From NCBI RefSeq assembly GCF_009914755.1, contig NC_060928.1: a DNA stretch of 64,000 bases; one strand, given 5' to 3'. Positions 42,660 to 59,439 of the stretch are shown here, one piece after another. Source of the DNA: the human T2T-CHM13v2.0 reference genome, Homo sapiens. The notes beneath the pieces were generated by a model. The model ran no database searches. It was not told the origin of the DNA and was given only the letters and a program-made list of their open reading frames with translations. The number at the start of each line of letters is the position of its first letter. Within the stretch, counting starts at the first letter, position 1. Made by a program: the position numbers and the translations under genes.

Positions 42660-44645
42660 TTTAAATGTTTTCAATATTTTGTTTGAAAATAATTCCAAAC
42701 TTACAGAAAAGTTAGTAAAAATACAAAAATCACTCATACTCAGATTCAGCCATTACTAATGTCACCTCTTTACTTTTACATTTGTGCTCCTGAGCTTTTA
42801 CACTTTCTTGCATTCATACACACACATGCACACATACACTTTTTTTCCTGGAGCAAATGAGAATAAACTATATACATCAAGCCCTTTCCTCCTCTTCTTC
42901 CAATGTGTGTTTCTTTAGCAATACTTTCTCTTATAAGGAAAGCACAGTGATCAACTTCAGTAATTATAACATTGTTACAATATTTTTATCTATTCTATGG
43001 TCTATATTCCAATATTCTAATTTTTCAATTGATCCAATAACATCCTGCATGGTATATTTTCCCCCATTCAGTATAAGATCCAGTCTAGGGTCAGGTACTG
43101 TTAGTGGTTCTCTCTTCTATGCCTCCTTTAATTTGGAACACTTCCATAGCCTTTCTTTCTCTTTTATGACACTGACTTTTTTAAGGACCACAGTTCCCTC
43201 CCCGCTTTTTAAAGTAGAACATTCCTTATTTTGCACTTGTCGAATGTTTCCTCGTGATTAAATTCAGGTTATGCAGTCTTGGCCAGAATACTACAGAGGA
43301 GATGATGTGTCCCCTCAGGGTGTCCTATCTGGAGTCACATGGTGACCATCTGCCCCATATTGTTGTTGGATCGCACCAATGCATAATCACTATATTATCC
43401 CTTGCAATTAGTACACAGTCTGTGGGGTGATGCTTTAAGACATCGAAAATATCCTGCTTCTCATCAAAATTTCTCCCTCATTTAGTTATGACTCTTGCCC
43501 TACCTAATATCTACTACGCTAGCTACAAAATAATGATTTTTCCAACTCTAAAGCTCAGAGTCCTACTGGAAGAAAGAGCCTTCCTTTCTCCTCTATTCAT
43601 TCACTTATTTTTATTATCATTATGGATTTATTCCTATTTCTAATGGTTCATAATTTATTATTATACTTACTTGATTATTAAATTATCTCAAATTTGGCTA
43701 GCAGGAATGCCAATAGGCTTCTTGTGACATGTTCTTATTTAAAAAAAAAAAGTTTCTATTTTCTCGCATTGAAAAATAATCCAGGCTCACATGGTATGTG
43801 CCCTACCCTATCCTAGAATCATCTATTTCTGTGAGGAGCTCTGGTTCCTTTGACTTGAGAATGGTATTACAGAATTCTAATTCCAAGAATTTGGAGTTAG
43901 GTATGCTCTTTGCCTCTTAGCCCTTTTACTGGACAGAGCTAGGAAATGTATGAATGCAAATACACATACAAATTTATGTACATATGTCTGTACATGCAAT
44001 TACATGTACATATATATTGGCTTAAAACATCATGAACTCACTGATACCTTCAATTCCAATCCACCTGCACAGAATTTATTATGCCTTCTCCCACCCCATA
44101 TTTGTGTGTCTCTCCTTCTTCAGGGAGAACCCTCACTCCAACAACCTCAAAACATTTACTCAATCCCCAATACACCTAAAAAGTCCCAGAAGTGCTATGT
44201 CCATATCACTATGAAAAGTAAACCTAATAGAATGAGTTCAAGAGTTGCCTGCAACCCGTCTCTTTCAACTCTACCCAAGCTGACGGTATATGGTTATAGT
44301 TATAGCACCATGTTATTAGTAATAAATTACTTAGATTTACTCTTTGTTCCCTCAATGGGGGTACAATACTAATTTAAAATACATTCAGGTTCATTTGTTT
44401 CAGTGGATTAGGATTCTCCCCATTTCCGTCCTTATTTTGAATACTGAAAAAAACACACTATGAAAAGCCAAAACTATATTTTTTAAAAAAAGGTTTACTT
44501 TGAAGTGTCATTGCCTCCCATAAACCTCTGGCCCCATTACCTCTCACTACCCCTTCTTTTTGTAAAGTCAAGCATATATATGTATGTGTTATTTTCCCTT
44601 TTTTCTTACATAAAAGATAGCACACTATATATTCTTGTTTATACT
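42660..44645 (-). mobile_element. L1MC (MC4/5-like) 3'UTR
   Basis: gaaaataattccaaacttacagaaaagtt...ggagctctggttcctt...ggacagagctaggaaat. Confidence 0.75.
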
Positions 44646-44659
44646 AACCAGCACAATCC

Positions 44660-46480
44660 AGATTGAAGAAAGCTCTTCCCAAAGCCTTTTATAAGATACA
44701 ATATCCTGATATCAAAACCAGACAAAGAGATTAAGAGAAAAAAAGACTAGAAATTTCATATTTTTTGTGAACATAAATGCAAAAACTTTTAACAAAATAT
44801 AAGGAAACCAAATCTGGCAACATATAAAAGGGGTATTACATCATGATGAAGTGCATTTATCCTGGAAATGCCAGGCTAATTCAATATTCAAAAAATTAAC
44901 ATAATTTACCATTATCAATAAAATAAAGATTAAAAACCATATAATCTCAATAGATATTTTAAAAATCACTTGCAAAATTCAACATCTATTAATGATAAAA
45001 GCTCTACTAAACCAGGAATAGAATGAAACTTACTCAACCTGATAAACAGCCTCTTTAAAACAGATATAGCTAACATCATGTTTAATGAAGAAAGACTGAA
45101 TGCTTTCTCTTTTTAACATATACTAGAAATCCTAGCCAGTGCAATAAGGCATGAAAAATAAATAAAAGGCAAAAATGGAATGGAAGAAGTAAAACTGTCT
45201 TTATTCCAGGCAGCATGATTATATATATAGATAGAAAACCCCAAAGAGTCTACCAAAGAAACCTCCCTAAGTTAATAAGGGAACTTGGCAAGACTGCAGT
45301 ATACAAAGTTCAATATACAAAAATCAATTGTGTTTCTACATATTAACAATGAAACAACTAAAAGTTATAGATAAAGAGATAGATAGATAGATAGATAGTA
45401 CCATTTATAATAGCACCCAAAACACATGAAATGCTGAGGAGTAATTCTAACAAACTGTGCAAAATCTGTCTACTGAAAACTATAAAACAATGATGAAATA
45501 ATCACTAATGAGATAATCATTGATAACAATGATGAAATAAACCAAAGATGACTTAAGTAAATAGAGAGATACTCTATGTTCATGGATTTGGAGGCAATAT
45601 ATTCAAGGAATCAGTTCTTCCCATATTTACCTATAGATTCAATGCAATCCCAATCAAAATTAGAGTAGACTTTCGTTTTTGGAAATCAACAAGATGACTC
45701 TAAAATTTACACAAAAAAGAAATCAAGAATAGTCAAAACGATTTGGAAACAAAACAAAATTGGAGGACTCATATTACCTGATTTCAAGACTTACTAAAAA
45801 GCTACAGTAATCAAGATAGTGTGGCAGTGGTAAAAGCACCTAGATCAATGGAAAAGGACAGAAATTCCAGAAACAGATACACACAAACATGGTCAATTGA
45901 TTTTTGACAAAGATGTCAAGCAATTTAATAGGGAAGGAAAAATTTTTCACTAGCCAGTGCTACAGTAATCAGATATCCACAACCCAAAAATAAATAAATA
46001 AATAAATAAAACTCACAAAAACTTCAGTCAACCCACACATCACACACTATATACAAAATTTAACTCAAACCAAATCACAGACATAAATGTACAATCTAAA
46101 ACTATAAAACTTCCAGAGGAAAACTTCGGGGAAAATCATTGTTACTTTGAGTTAGGCAAAAAATTCTCTAACAGGATATAAAAAGTAAAAACTATAAAAG
46201 AAAAAAATGGGCAAAGTGGACATCACCAAAATTAATTTCTGCTCTTCAAAACACAGTGTTATAAAAATGAAATTAAGCCAAAAACTGGGAGAAAGTATTT
46301 GTAAAACACATACCAGACTGGAACCCAAAATATATAATGAATTCTTTAAACAATAAAAAAAAAGCAAACTGATTTTAAAAAGAATAAAAGATGTCGACAC
46401 TTACTTTTAAAAAAAGGATACATACAGCAAACAAGCAATGAAAGCTCACTACCATTATTTATGAAAAGCAAATTAAAACA
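44660..46480 (+). mobile_element. L1M ORF2 (RT region onward), decayed
   Basis: ctgatatcaaaaccagacaaaga, ctagccagtgcaataaggca, tatagattcaatgcaatcccaatc. Confidence 0.88.
45376..45399. repeat. (GATA)n microsatellite
   Basis: Direct reading. Confidence 0.85.
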
Positions 46481-46482
46481 TT

Positions 46483-46970
46483 TTGAATGCTGCTATGAAC
46501 ATTAGCCTTTTTGTGGACATGTGCTTTCATTTCTTTTATAGATATACTTAGGAATGGAATTTATAGATCCTAATGAATATGTTTGAATTTATGAGACACT
46601 AGTTGACTGTTTGCTAAAATGGCTATACCATTTCACCAGGAATGAATGAGAAGAAACTTCTAGTTGCTGCATATCCTTACCAAACTTAACATCATCAGAT
46701 TTTACATGCATTTGTCATTCACATATCCTCGGTAAAATATCTGTTCAAATTATTTGTTCATTTTTCGACAGGGTTCTTTGTCTTCTTATTATTGAATTGT
46801 GAGAGTTCTTTATATATTCTGGTTCATATCCTTTGCCAAGTATGTATATGTTTTGCAAGTATATTTACCAGTCTGTGGCTAACCTTTTTATTTTTTTTTA
46901 AATGGTGAAGCATGTTCATTTTGAGAAATTTCATTAAGCTTCAACTTACAATTTGTTTACTTTTACTTAC
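46483..46970 (-). mobile_element. L1M ORF2 fragment, antisense
   Basis: aatgctgctatgaacatt...gagttctttatatattctgg. Confidence 0.8.
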
Positions 46971-46977
46971 GTATATA

Positions 46978-47701
<724 letters not shown>

Positions 47702-48259
47702 TACTTGAATAAATTTATTGAAAAACAAAACAAAACAAAAAAAACTGCTCTTTAAAGGTGACAAAATCATCATCAACTAGTAAATAGCCTAAGGGTGATA
47801 CAATTTGGCCTACACATACTAAAAACTGGAAAATAAGTCTTTACACTACCAGTCATGAGCCATTCATTGTGTTGGGTCCCTACCAGAGGCACAGACATAA
47901 AGTCTAAAATTAGCAAGGAAGAGTAACTGTTGAAGGCCTCCCTCTTCCAATTTGACCTCTGAATTATAAACATTCCAGATTAGGATATATGGCACTTTTG
48001 TTAATTATAGAGCAAATTTTAAATGGAAACTTTAGGTTGATGGGGAAAGCAAAGAAATTCAACTTAAGTATAATTACATGAAAAACTAACTCGTGTAATG
48101 ATTTTCAATAAGCACCTGATTGTCAAATACATATGCTAAAACAAACAATAAGACTCTAAATATCTTTTCGCTGACTGAATAAATAGCTTTATATAAGTAT
48201 TATTTATTAGTCTTTAATTATTCCAAAATTATCACTCCTAACTTTAAGAAGCAAAAATC

Positions 48260-48557
48260 AGCCAGGCATGGTGGCTCATGCCTGTAATCCCAGAACTCTG
48301 GGAGGCTGAGGGGGATGGATCACTTGAGCTCAGGAGTTCAAGACCAGCCTCTACAAACCCATTCTCTACGAAAAAAATTAAAATAAAAAATACAAAAAAT
48401 TAGCTGGGCATGGTGGCGCACACCTGTAGTACCAGTTACTTGGAAGGTTGAGGTGGGAGAATCACTTGAACCTTGAGGGAGGAGACTGCAGTGAGCCAAG
48501 ATCTTGCCACTGTACTCCAGCCTGGGCGAGAGTCAGACCGTGTATCAAAAAATAAAC
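48260..48557 (+). mobile_element. Alu (J/S-like)
   Basis: Dimer with expanded A-rich linker. Confidence 0.9.
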
Positions 48558-48558
48558 A

Positions 48559-48841
48559 GGCTGGGTGCAGTGGCTCATGCCTGTAATCCCAGCACTTTGT
48601 GGGGCTGTGGCGGATGGATCATCTGAGGTCAAGAGTTCAAGGCCAGCCTGGTCAACATGGTGAAACAACGTCTCTACTAAAAATACAAAAAATTAGCCAG
48701 GCATGGTGGCTAAGACAGGAGAATTGCTTGAACCTGGGAGGCAGGTTGCAGTGAGCCGAGATCACGCCACTGCACTCCAGCCTGGGCAACAGAGTGAGAC
48801 TTCCTCTCAAAAAAATAAATAAAAATAAATAAATAAATAAT
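48559..48841 (+). mobile_element. AluS with internal deletion in right arm
   Basis: gcatggtggc|taagacaggagaattgc; (AAAT)n tail. Confidence 0.9.
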
Positions 48842-48849
48842 ACATATAG

Positions 48850-50300
48850 TCACTGGATGTGGCTGAAAGTCTTAAGTTTTGGGAACTTATAGAATATATT
48901 ATTACTTCTGTAGTAGACACTTCCTGGAGTAGCTGGAAAGCTTATAATCCTTCCCTTTTCTGTGTCATGATCAATGGCCTTGAAAAGATCAAAAGATAAA
49001 AAAGAGGGAGATTCTCAGAATAGCTACTTGAATGAACCTCTCACAACAGGGTCACAGCCTAAAAAAATTCCTGTCCCATGTGTATGTTCACCAGAATTCT
49101 GCTAACAAATCAAAATACAAAGCCTCTTAGTAATTGAGTGGATAAGATGACCCACATCACAGACCAACTCATACTCCTCCAGCCAGCCTGGTCCTTGCTC
49201 AATAGGTTCATGAAAACCACCAGGTGGAAGGAGAAGCAGTTATGCAAGGGCAAATCTGCACGAACTCATTAAGACTGATGTCACTGTCACTACTGTTGAG
49301 AACACATTTGCCTGAGTCCCCCAAAGAGAGACTACTTCTTAGCAGGTAAATTATAACAAACCCTTTGCATTACAGAAATGGTGATGGCTGCTTTTCACTA
49401 TAAGAAACACCAATTCTGAATTTGTCTCTGCCAGCACCACCATTCAAGATTAAGTGAATGCTTCATATAAATCACACTCACAGGGCCTCTGATCCAGGAA
49501 CTCACTTCAAATGGTGATGGGCAGATGCCCAGGGACCTCACTAGTCTTATCAAATAGACTCTTATTCAGACACAGCTGTCCTCACAGAGGAGTAATGGCA
49601 TTTTGAAGCTTGACATGCAAGTTGTTGCGCCACCTGAAACCTTCTGATATTGGGGTGCTGTCCTATAGTACATAAAATAAGCTCTGAACCACCCACTAAT
49701 ATATGATGTCTCCCATCCTCCCATCTCCGGAACACACTGGATGTGGGAACGTGGTGATGGTGGAGGTGGTATATTTCATCTGCTTTCAAAGTTCTGCTTC
49801 TTGTCTCAAGAACTCTGGAATCTGTTGATCTAGAAATTTTATTTAGTACCCAAGAATGAAATACTTATACCAAGAAACAAAATAACTGTTTCACTCAATT
49901 GAAAGCAGAGTTTTATTTCCTCATAACAATAAAAAAACAAGCAAAAATGGAGGCTATAGAATTGACAGAGGTGACTGCTCCTGACCATCAAGGAGAAGAC
50001 AGGTTGCTACTGCACACCTGGGGCTAGGAAGATCATGAGAAAAGAACTTGGGGGAATCTCATATTCTCTGGCAGTGCCGTACACAGTGTTAATGTGAGTG
50101 AAAGATTATCACAATTCTATACAGTTGGAACTACCAAACCTCAGACCCTTTCGGGAATGAAGGACTGAGTTAGCTTCCTAGAAACAGAACCCTGATAAGC
50201 CAGGACACTAGCAGAAGGTAACAGAAATATGTAATCTGAAGTGAAACAGGTTAGGGCTTTGTGCTCAGATGTAAAACTAAGGACTGTGGCCACCATTTAT
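48850..50300 (+). mobile_element. Decayed ERVL-class internal (pol/integrase-region) fragment
   Basis: cttgctcaataggttcatgaa, gttatgcaagggc, ctctgatccaggaactcacttca, gctctgaaccacccactaatatatgatg resemble ERVL-int; no intact frame. Confidence 0.6.
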
Positions 50301-50815
50301 TTCCTTAATAGTCACTGGTGTGTGATAAGTACCCTTCTCTTTCCCTTTAAATACATTTTCTCTTTATTTCCTCTTCCTTTCCCTCAAGCATGCAGATGGC
50401 AAGTTGGCAGGAGTTAAATTTAGGTTGTAAAATATCAAGAAAGAATCACAATGGAACCAGGAGGCAGCATGATATCACTCAGAGTCAGTAGCCCTATGGC
50501 ACTGCCTCTGGATATGGTACTTCAACTTGCTTTTTGCTTTTCTCCCACTGGAAAAACTGCATCAATACATGGGATAGCAGGGTTATCTCTACTAGTGGGG
50601 AGGAAAGCAAAGGGAAAGAGACAGGAAAAGCAGTGGTTAAGCTACCAAAGAGTGAGATGTTCTAGACACCTAGGAGGGCTGCCCAGCTTTTGACTTCCCC
50701 TTCTTTGGGAATGACCCCCAGCACCGAGGTATATTCCTAGCGCGCTATACATCATAAGTCTGCATACCCTGGCTCTAGTACAGACAGACACCTGATCTGA
50801 ACGAGGTTAATTTAA

Positions 50816-51123
<308 letters not shown>

Positions 51124-51247
51124 AATTTAATCCTTTCTTGATGGAATATATAAATTGAAGATGCAAGGCAGAGAGAGACTAAATCTTTACAGCAAAGTCA
51201 CCTTAATAGCAGGAGTCTAGGAAGAAGGTATAAAAATTCCTGCTAGG

Positions 51248-51930
<683 letters not shown>

Positions 51931-53962
51931 AATTCCTGCTAATGAGATCCTCAAAGCAACTCTGATATCTTCTGTTCAAGACCCACTTGTTCAATCCATC
52001 ATTCCATTCCCAGTATGAGTCCCATTAATTCCTTTTCCCCTCCTCAAGCTAGTAAGTGTCAACTGACTGCAACCAAAAAAATGCTACTATAACTTTTTAT
52101 AGGAAGTAAATGAAAGGTGTGGAGGTTCTCATTTTAAGGTCAATTTATCATAATCATGCATTTTCCTTGCTTCCTCTTATCCAACTCAGAAAATAAATTC
52201 CTAAAGGGTAATTTTGCCTTCCAAAGTGTGACATGAGAACCCTCATGCCTAACATGCTTTTTCATATCCTCCTATTTCACAAGAAAGCATATTTACTTCA
52301 GTGTGTAAGTTTGTTCATTTTAGCAGCAGTTCCCTGTTAAGACGTTAGTATGAGGCATCAGCAGTTCTTTGCATCTCGTGATGCCATACCAATGCCAATA
52401 AAGCAGACTAAATGATTACTGATCAACAATACTTAATAGTATATAGAAAAAAAAAGATACTTAGTAGTTCATCAAAGAATGTCAAGCCCAGCCTGTCTCT
52501 GCTCTCCAAGTGCCTGGCTTCGCCTGTCACTTAAATCCTAGATCACCAATACGGACTTGTGATAGAAGATGTTTTTGCAGTTTCGCCCCAATCTTTAATT
52601 CTGGATCAAGTCATCACTAACATTACCCAGCCTTCATACTGCAGATTAGATAGTTAGGATTTCTAGCTCGTTATGATGCCTACCCTGTTCTACTCCTTCC
52701 CCTTCTGCTGTCCTTTTCCTGTTTATAGCTCAGCTATTATAACTAAGCTTCTGCTTAGACACTTTTGGAGGTCCCTAGTCTGATCCCTTCCTGGCTTTTC
52801 TCTTCCTAGGACTGAGCAGTCTACTTTAAATTCCCAATCCCAAGGACTGATAGCTAGAGTCCAGTACCCACAGACAGAATTATCTGGTGGCCACTCATAC
52901 ATATATAAGCATGTATGTTTGCATTCATTTCGTCATTTACACACACACACCCTCCTATTTCAGATTCCATATGCTTCTTCCCCTTGAATTCCCATTAATA
53001 GGTTGACTGAATTATTCTCTGGCTGTTTACCCCTGGCACGGCCTACCAAAAAGAACTTTTCCTCAGCGCCTGTAGTTAGTTAAGGTTAGATTGACCTTAA
53101 CATGCAGCACTATACCTTAAATGTGGACTGATTCTAGTCTGTCCTGCATAATAGTTACCTCTGCCCTACTCTACAACTTGGCCATGTGCTCCCATATCAC
53201 AAATACAACAAAGCTCTATCAAATTTTGAGATATGGAAAAGGTAAGCAAGCTCACAGAATTTTAAAACAGAAAATATACAAAAGAAAAAAGTTATTTTCT
53301 AAATGGCATAAGCTGGAAACTTGGCAGTATAGTACAATTAAAACAATAACATAATATAGGAAAGAATCCCACACATTTACACGCCCAAATTTATTTTTCA
53401 ATCACCAGATAAATTTTAAAATAGGAGAAATGACAATGACTACATTACATTTTGTAAATATGTTCTAGATTATAGCATATTGAAAAGGCCATCTGATTCC
53501 CAAGAGTTCTAGAAGCAATTTCTTAATGCAAAACTTAAGGTATATCAGAGCAATGAAAGAGTATATATATCTAGTCACATAAATCAGTGCCTCTTCTGAA
53601 CAATGCTGAATTCTTCTCTATGAAACTTATTCAATTTCTAATTCTCTTTAGTGCCAAAAAATGGGACTCCTATCACTTTCTCCAAAATCTACTTTTGTTA
53701 TTAATATTACACCTTCATTAAAGTTGTTTCCTCTGCTTTCTCTACAACCTTGATTCCTAGCTAAAGATCAAGCCACAGATGGGATCACCGCCAAAAAAAC
53801 TACCAAGTAGTCGAAAACTCAAGGACAAAAGTAAATATATTTACCTCAGGCCCCTTATAAGCCAACAGAACTGCAGTAAGAACAAGTGCAGTAGATAATA
53901 AAGAATTCTAAATACTGTGGCTAAGGTGGGAAGCCAATGACATCTCAAAAATAGATGCTGTT

Positions 53963-54444
53963 CGCGTATGTTTATTGCAGCACTATTCACAATAGCAAAG
54001 ACTTGGAACCAACCCAAATGTCCACTGATGATAGACTGGATAAAGAAAATGTGGCACATATACACCATGGAATACTATGCAGCCATAAAAAAGAATGAGT
54101 TCATGTGCTTTGCAGGGACATGGATGAAGCTGGAAAACATCACTCTCAGCAAACTAACACAGGAACAGAAAACCAAACACCACATGTTCTCATTCATAAG
54201 TGGGAGTTGAACAATGAGAACACATGGACACAGAGAGGGGAACATCACACATTGGGAGCTATCGGGGGTTGGGGGGCAAGGGGAGGGAGAGCATTAGGAC
54301 AAATCCCTAATGCATGAGGGGTTTAAAACCTAGATGATGGGTTAATAGGTGCAGCAAACCACCATGGCACATGTATACCTATGTAACAAACCTGCATGTT
54401 GTGCACACATATCCCAGAACTTAAAGTTTAATAAAAAAAAAAAA
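53963..54444 (+). mobile_element. L1PA (PA7-like) 3' end
   Basis: ORF2 C-terminus MFIAALFTIAKTWNQPKCP...; G-rich 3'UTR; poly(A). Confidence 0.93.
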
Positions 54445-54527
54445 AGGTTACATTATTTAATATAGGCTAAACTAGTATATGAACTCTTTGAAAGAAGTAA
54501 TAGCATCTCATCATCTTAATAATTTTA

Positions 54528-54823
<296 letters not shown>

Positions 54824-56852
54824 TCAGCACACAAAGTAGACACTGAATAAACACACTGAATGAAAAAGTAAATCAAGAGTTGAGATGGTTAGTAAAGTGT
54901 CAAATGTACTCAGCTTATACTGCAATACAATCACTGCAGAATGTCAATTACTAGGGAGGGCCTTACCCTAAGGAGACAAAGTGTAATGTAAGTGCTGAGA
55001 AACTCACTTTTTCCAAAAACTACTCCCTATTCATTAATAAACACAATGCAAAATGCATCTCACATTGGAGATTAATTTCATGTACTCTTTCCCTCTTGCC
55101 AGGCAATTATTTACCTCTATTCTAATTTTATATTCCTATGACCCTTTCCTCACAGGATGCTTAATATTTATCTTTTAAAAGTCCATTTTATTACTTGTTT
55201 ATTTGAATAGGAATTCTCTGTATTTCGGGCATCCGGGAATGAGTTACTGGTCAACATGTTTATCTTCTATTTTCTTCGTTTGTTTTTATCATATTTTTTC
55301 CATCAACATGAACATACAAAAATCTTCAAAACTGCTGTTCACAGACATGCTTTCCTTTGTAACAGAAGTCACAGTGGGTTGAACTCTCATGAAGAAAACA
55401 GATTATCTGATGCCAGAGCAGTCTTTACTAATTTAATTACTTTACCATCTTTAAAAATTTTAAATAAAAATACAATTTGTATTGATCCTTTAAATGATAA
55501 CAGATGATGTAATATAAAAAATCTAACTTAAAGCCTGTGCACAATACTTACTTCTGCTACTTAGAAGTATGATATATATCTATATCTCAACAACATGCCA
55601 CACATGCTATATAGTAAAATCACTTCTAAACTTTAACAAAACTCAAAAAAGCACACAGATGTGAACGTAAGCCATGCCCGATGTTAAATAACAAAACCAA
55701 AGTAACAATTAGATACTGCAATGCAACCAGTTTTCTTCCATTAAAATAGTGCTTGCCAAACAAAATCTTCATTGGACTGGAATGATGCTTTGCCAGATGA
55801 CATCAGGATAGGCAAAGCCACTATTAAACCCTGTGCTAAAGTGGGTGTCAATAAGCAGGGTAGGAAGAAGAAAGGCTGGAATATGAGGAGACTTTTAAAC
55901 ATCTATCAACATTGGCAAGCCACAGTCAAAAAGTAGTTCATTTTTGATGAAAGTTTTAGTCAGGCTGAGAAAATTGAAAGTGCAAGAAAATCCACAGAGA
56001 AAGAAAAATCAGCCTTCTAAGAAAGACACAATACTCTTTTCCAAGCTATGAATAGAGATGACAAGTACTATTACCTCAGAAAAGCAATGCAGTACAACTT
56101 TTCCCTGCCCTGCTCCAACCACACAAATACCTATCAGTGGTAGTAGTGGCCTTAATGCATTTTCAGCAGCTGCCATGTCTTGACAGGCTTCCTCACATCC
56201 TCCTGAAAGTAAAAACACCTATGCCAACCCATGTGGTGGTTATGCAACCTAAGACAAGCTGGGAATCACTGAACTTATTTACTCTGGTGACTCAGATATA
56301 AATCTAGGTCTCTGCGGAAAAAGAGGTGGAGAACATAAAAGAATGTATGACACCATTTTTCATTAATATTTATTGTATAACTGAAGCAAACTCAAAAGAT
56401 TTTCTGCTCTCTATAGGTCTGACAAAGAAATTAGCTTTCAGAAATGCTTCAGGTTTGACCAGGTACAATGTACCATCTGCTATACTGAATGACCTGAGGC
56501 AAAAACAACACCCCTTTATACAGAACTTTTATTTTCTCTGTCTTTTTCTTGCTTTCCTCTCATCATGTTGCCATTCACCAACATCTTACTTTCCCTTCTT
56601 CTTCCAGCTTATTCTTTAAAGCCTGCCACTGACAGCTACCACTCAGCAATGCTGAACTCCACAACATCAAGAAATTTTTTTCGATGCTATTCCACTCAGA
56701 AATAATTTAAACATTGCAACTTCAAAAAATAAAACAGCAAAATAAATACTCATCTTGACCAAAAAAAAAAAAATTTCTGGATTTAGCAAATTAAGTGAAA
56801 TATATAAATTACATCTGTCATTAATGTAGCAGATCAAACTTAAAAAGCATAC

Positions 56853-57590
56853 ATGGTAGATTGGTGCAGCCATTATGGAAAATAGTATGGAGGGTCCTAA
56901 AGAAATTAAAACTAGGATTACCTGTAACCCAACAACCTTTCTTCTGGGTGTATACACAAAGGAAATGAAATCACCACCTCTAATAGATGCATTCCTCATG
57001 TTCACTGCAGCATTATTCATTATGGCCAAAGTATGGAAACAACCTTGGTATCCCTCAACTATCAAATGGATTAAGAAACTATGGTGTATAATAAAAAATG
57101 GAATATTATTCAGCCTTAAAAAAAAAAGAAGGGGATCTTGTCATTTGCCACAACATGAGTTGACCCGAAGGATATTACACTATGTGAAATAAGCCAGACA
57201 CCAAAAGAAAAATATTGCATGATCTCACTTATTATCTGGTATCAAAAAAAAAAAAGGTCAAATATTCACAGAGACAGAGAATAAAACTAGTTATGAGGGT
57301 CACGGTTGCGCAGAGGAAATGGGAGAGGTGTCTCAAAAGATACAAAATAGTATATATGCAGGATGAACAAATCTAAAGATCTCATTAACTGACAATGTAT
57401 TGTATTCAGGATTTTTGCTAAATGAGCAGGTCATAGCTGCTTTTGACACAGGGGAAAAATGGGTAATTATGTGAGATGATAGATATGTTCATTTGTTTCA
57501 CCATTGTAAACATTTTACTACTTATGTTATCTCATAACATCATGTGAATATCTTAAATATACACAATAAAATGTATTTTTTTAAAAAAAG
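56853..57590 (+). mobile_element. L1MA/L1MB 3' end
   Basis: ttggtgcagccattatggaaaatagtatggag...ggatgaacaaatctaaagatc...cttaaatatacacaataaa. Confidence 0.88.
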
Positions 57591-58939
57591 AATACATGCT
57601 AGGGAAGTCATACTTAGTACAATTTTTATGATGACCTAGTTGTAAAATGCTTCAGGAGCAAGAGTAAGATTCTCATATTATAAGTATTTTTTTTCCTAAG
57701 TATCTTACATTATCCCTAATCCTTTTCTTCTTTACTTAAATATTATATTTGGGCTAATATTTTTCCCCAAGAAACCTGTTCTGATTCACTGAGAGTGAAA
57801 TCTATCAATTTTATATGTCCTATAATTTTGATATAAATAAATTTCACAATTCCCACCAAAGAAATTTGATCAATCCCCCTGATATGCAGATCAAAGATCA
57901 TATCTTAGGGTTCTCTTAATCAGTTCAATCGAAAATAATCTTTCTACTCATTAAGTGTCCATAGCACTTCTGCACCTCTCAGACTCATCAAATACCATTC
58001 AATTATGTATCTACCTATCTTATCTCCACTATGTTATAAAGTTATTGAGGGCAGAACTACCCATGTGTAAAGCGTCCATGCATAGTACCCGTGATACCCA
58101 GCACAATCACAATAAAATATGTTATCATCTTTAGGAAAAAAAGCTTACAGAATTATTATTATATAGCATAACATCACTTGAGAGTCTATTTACATAGGAT
58201 CATTATTTTGGGAAATAAGAACTAGGTTCTCAGGTAGCAAGTTTAATCCCTGATACTTGATCTAATTTAGTCCCTACTCATTACACAAATAAATCAAGCT
58301 AAATAAAATTATTAAGCAATCAATACACAATGATTGTTCTACAAATAACTGATATAGAGTTTATTTTTATTTCATACTTATTTACTCAACTATGGCATTT
58401 ATCATCTAAATCACCTAATACTGTGTTTTAATGGGCAATGCCATGGGGAAAGAACTTGGACTGTAGGGTCAAAGAGACACAAAAAGACTCCAGGCTTTAA
58501 TCAAAGAAATCTGACTATAAATTTATCTATAAATTTATAGGGATTTCTAGGGTGAACAGAAAAAAGAAACATAATAAAACACATATTATCATTCTTTCAT
58601 TTTTAGTAAACAGTCTTAGAGTTCCTCAGAGTAACAGTGAACATTTATTTTCTTAATTTTCTGACATGTTTACTGTCTATTTACATTTATTCACTCAACA
58701 AATGTTTACTGAAAGTCAATCATATTCCTACATTATGTGTCTAGAGAGAAAATAAAATTTGCTGAAATATATTATACAATGTCTGGTAATGTTTTATAGC
58801 TGCTTATTTAGCTGCACTATTAATTTTTCCAAACTCTCTCTAGAATCAGCACAGTGACAGCAGATACTTAATAAACACTCTTTGGCTAACTGCTCAATAT
58901 TTCTTGCTTTATTTGTTACATGTTAAGAAAGCTCCCAGT

Positions 58940-59238
<299 letters not shown>

Positions 59239-59439
59239 GGGAGCGGGAGCTCCCAGTAAGCGAATATGGTAGTGACTAAATAAAGAAGAACAGTAAAGAG
59301 GAATTAAGAAGAATGCCATGTAATTAAAATTTTTACATGACTATATCTAGGGCTGTGAATGAATTACCCTGTGGAAACAATCAGCCATTTGTCTAATACC
59401 TGTTGCTCTTCTTACAGGAAATGCAGGGAAGAAACATAC

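Noticed and set aside
54262-54290. G-quadruplex motif
   Set aside because: Standard G-rich tract of the L1PA 3'UTR; not locus-specific
55187-55203. Tandem AATAAA on the minus strand as an intronic poly(A) site
   Set aside because: The hexamer is very frequent in this AT-rich DNA and no clear GU-rich downstream element is present; needs 3'-end sequencing
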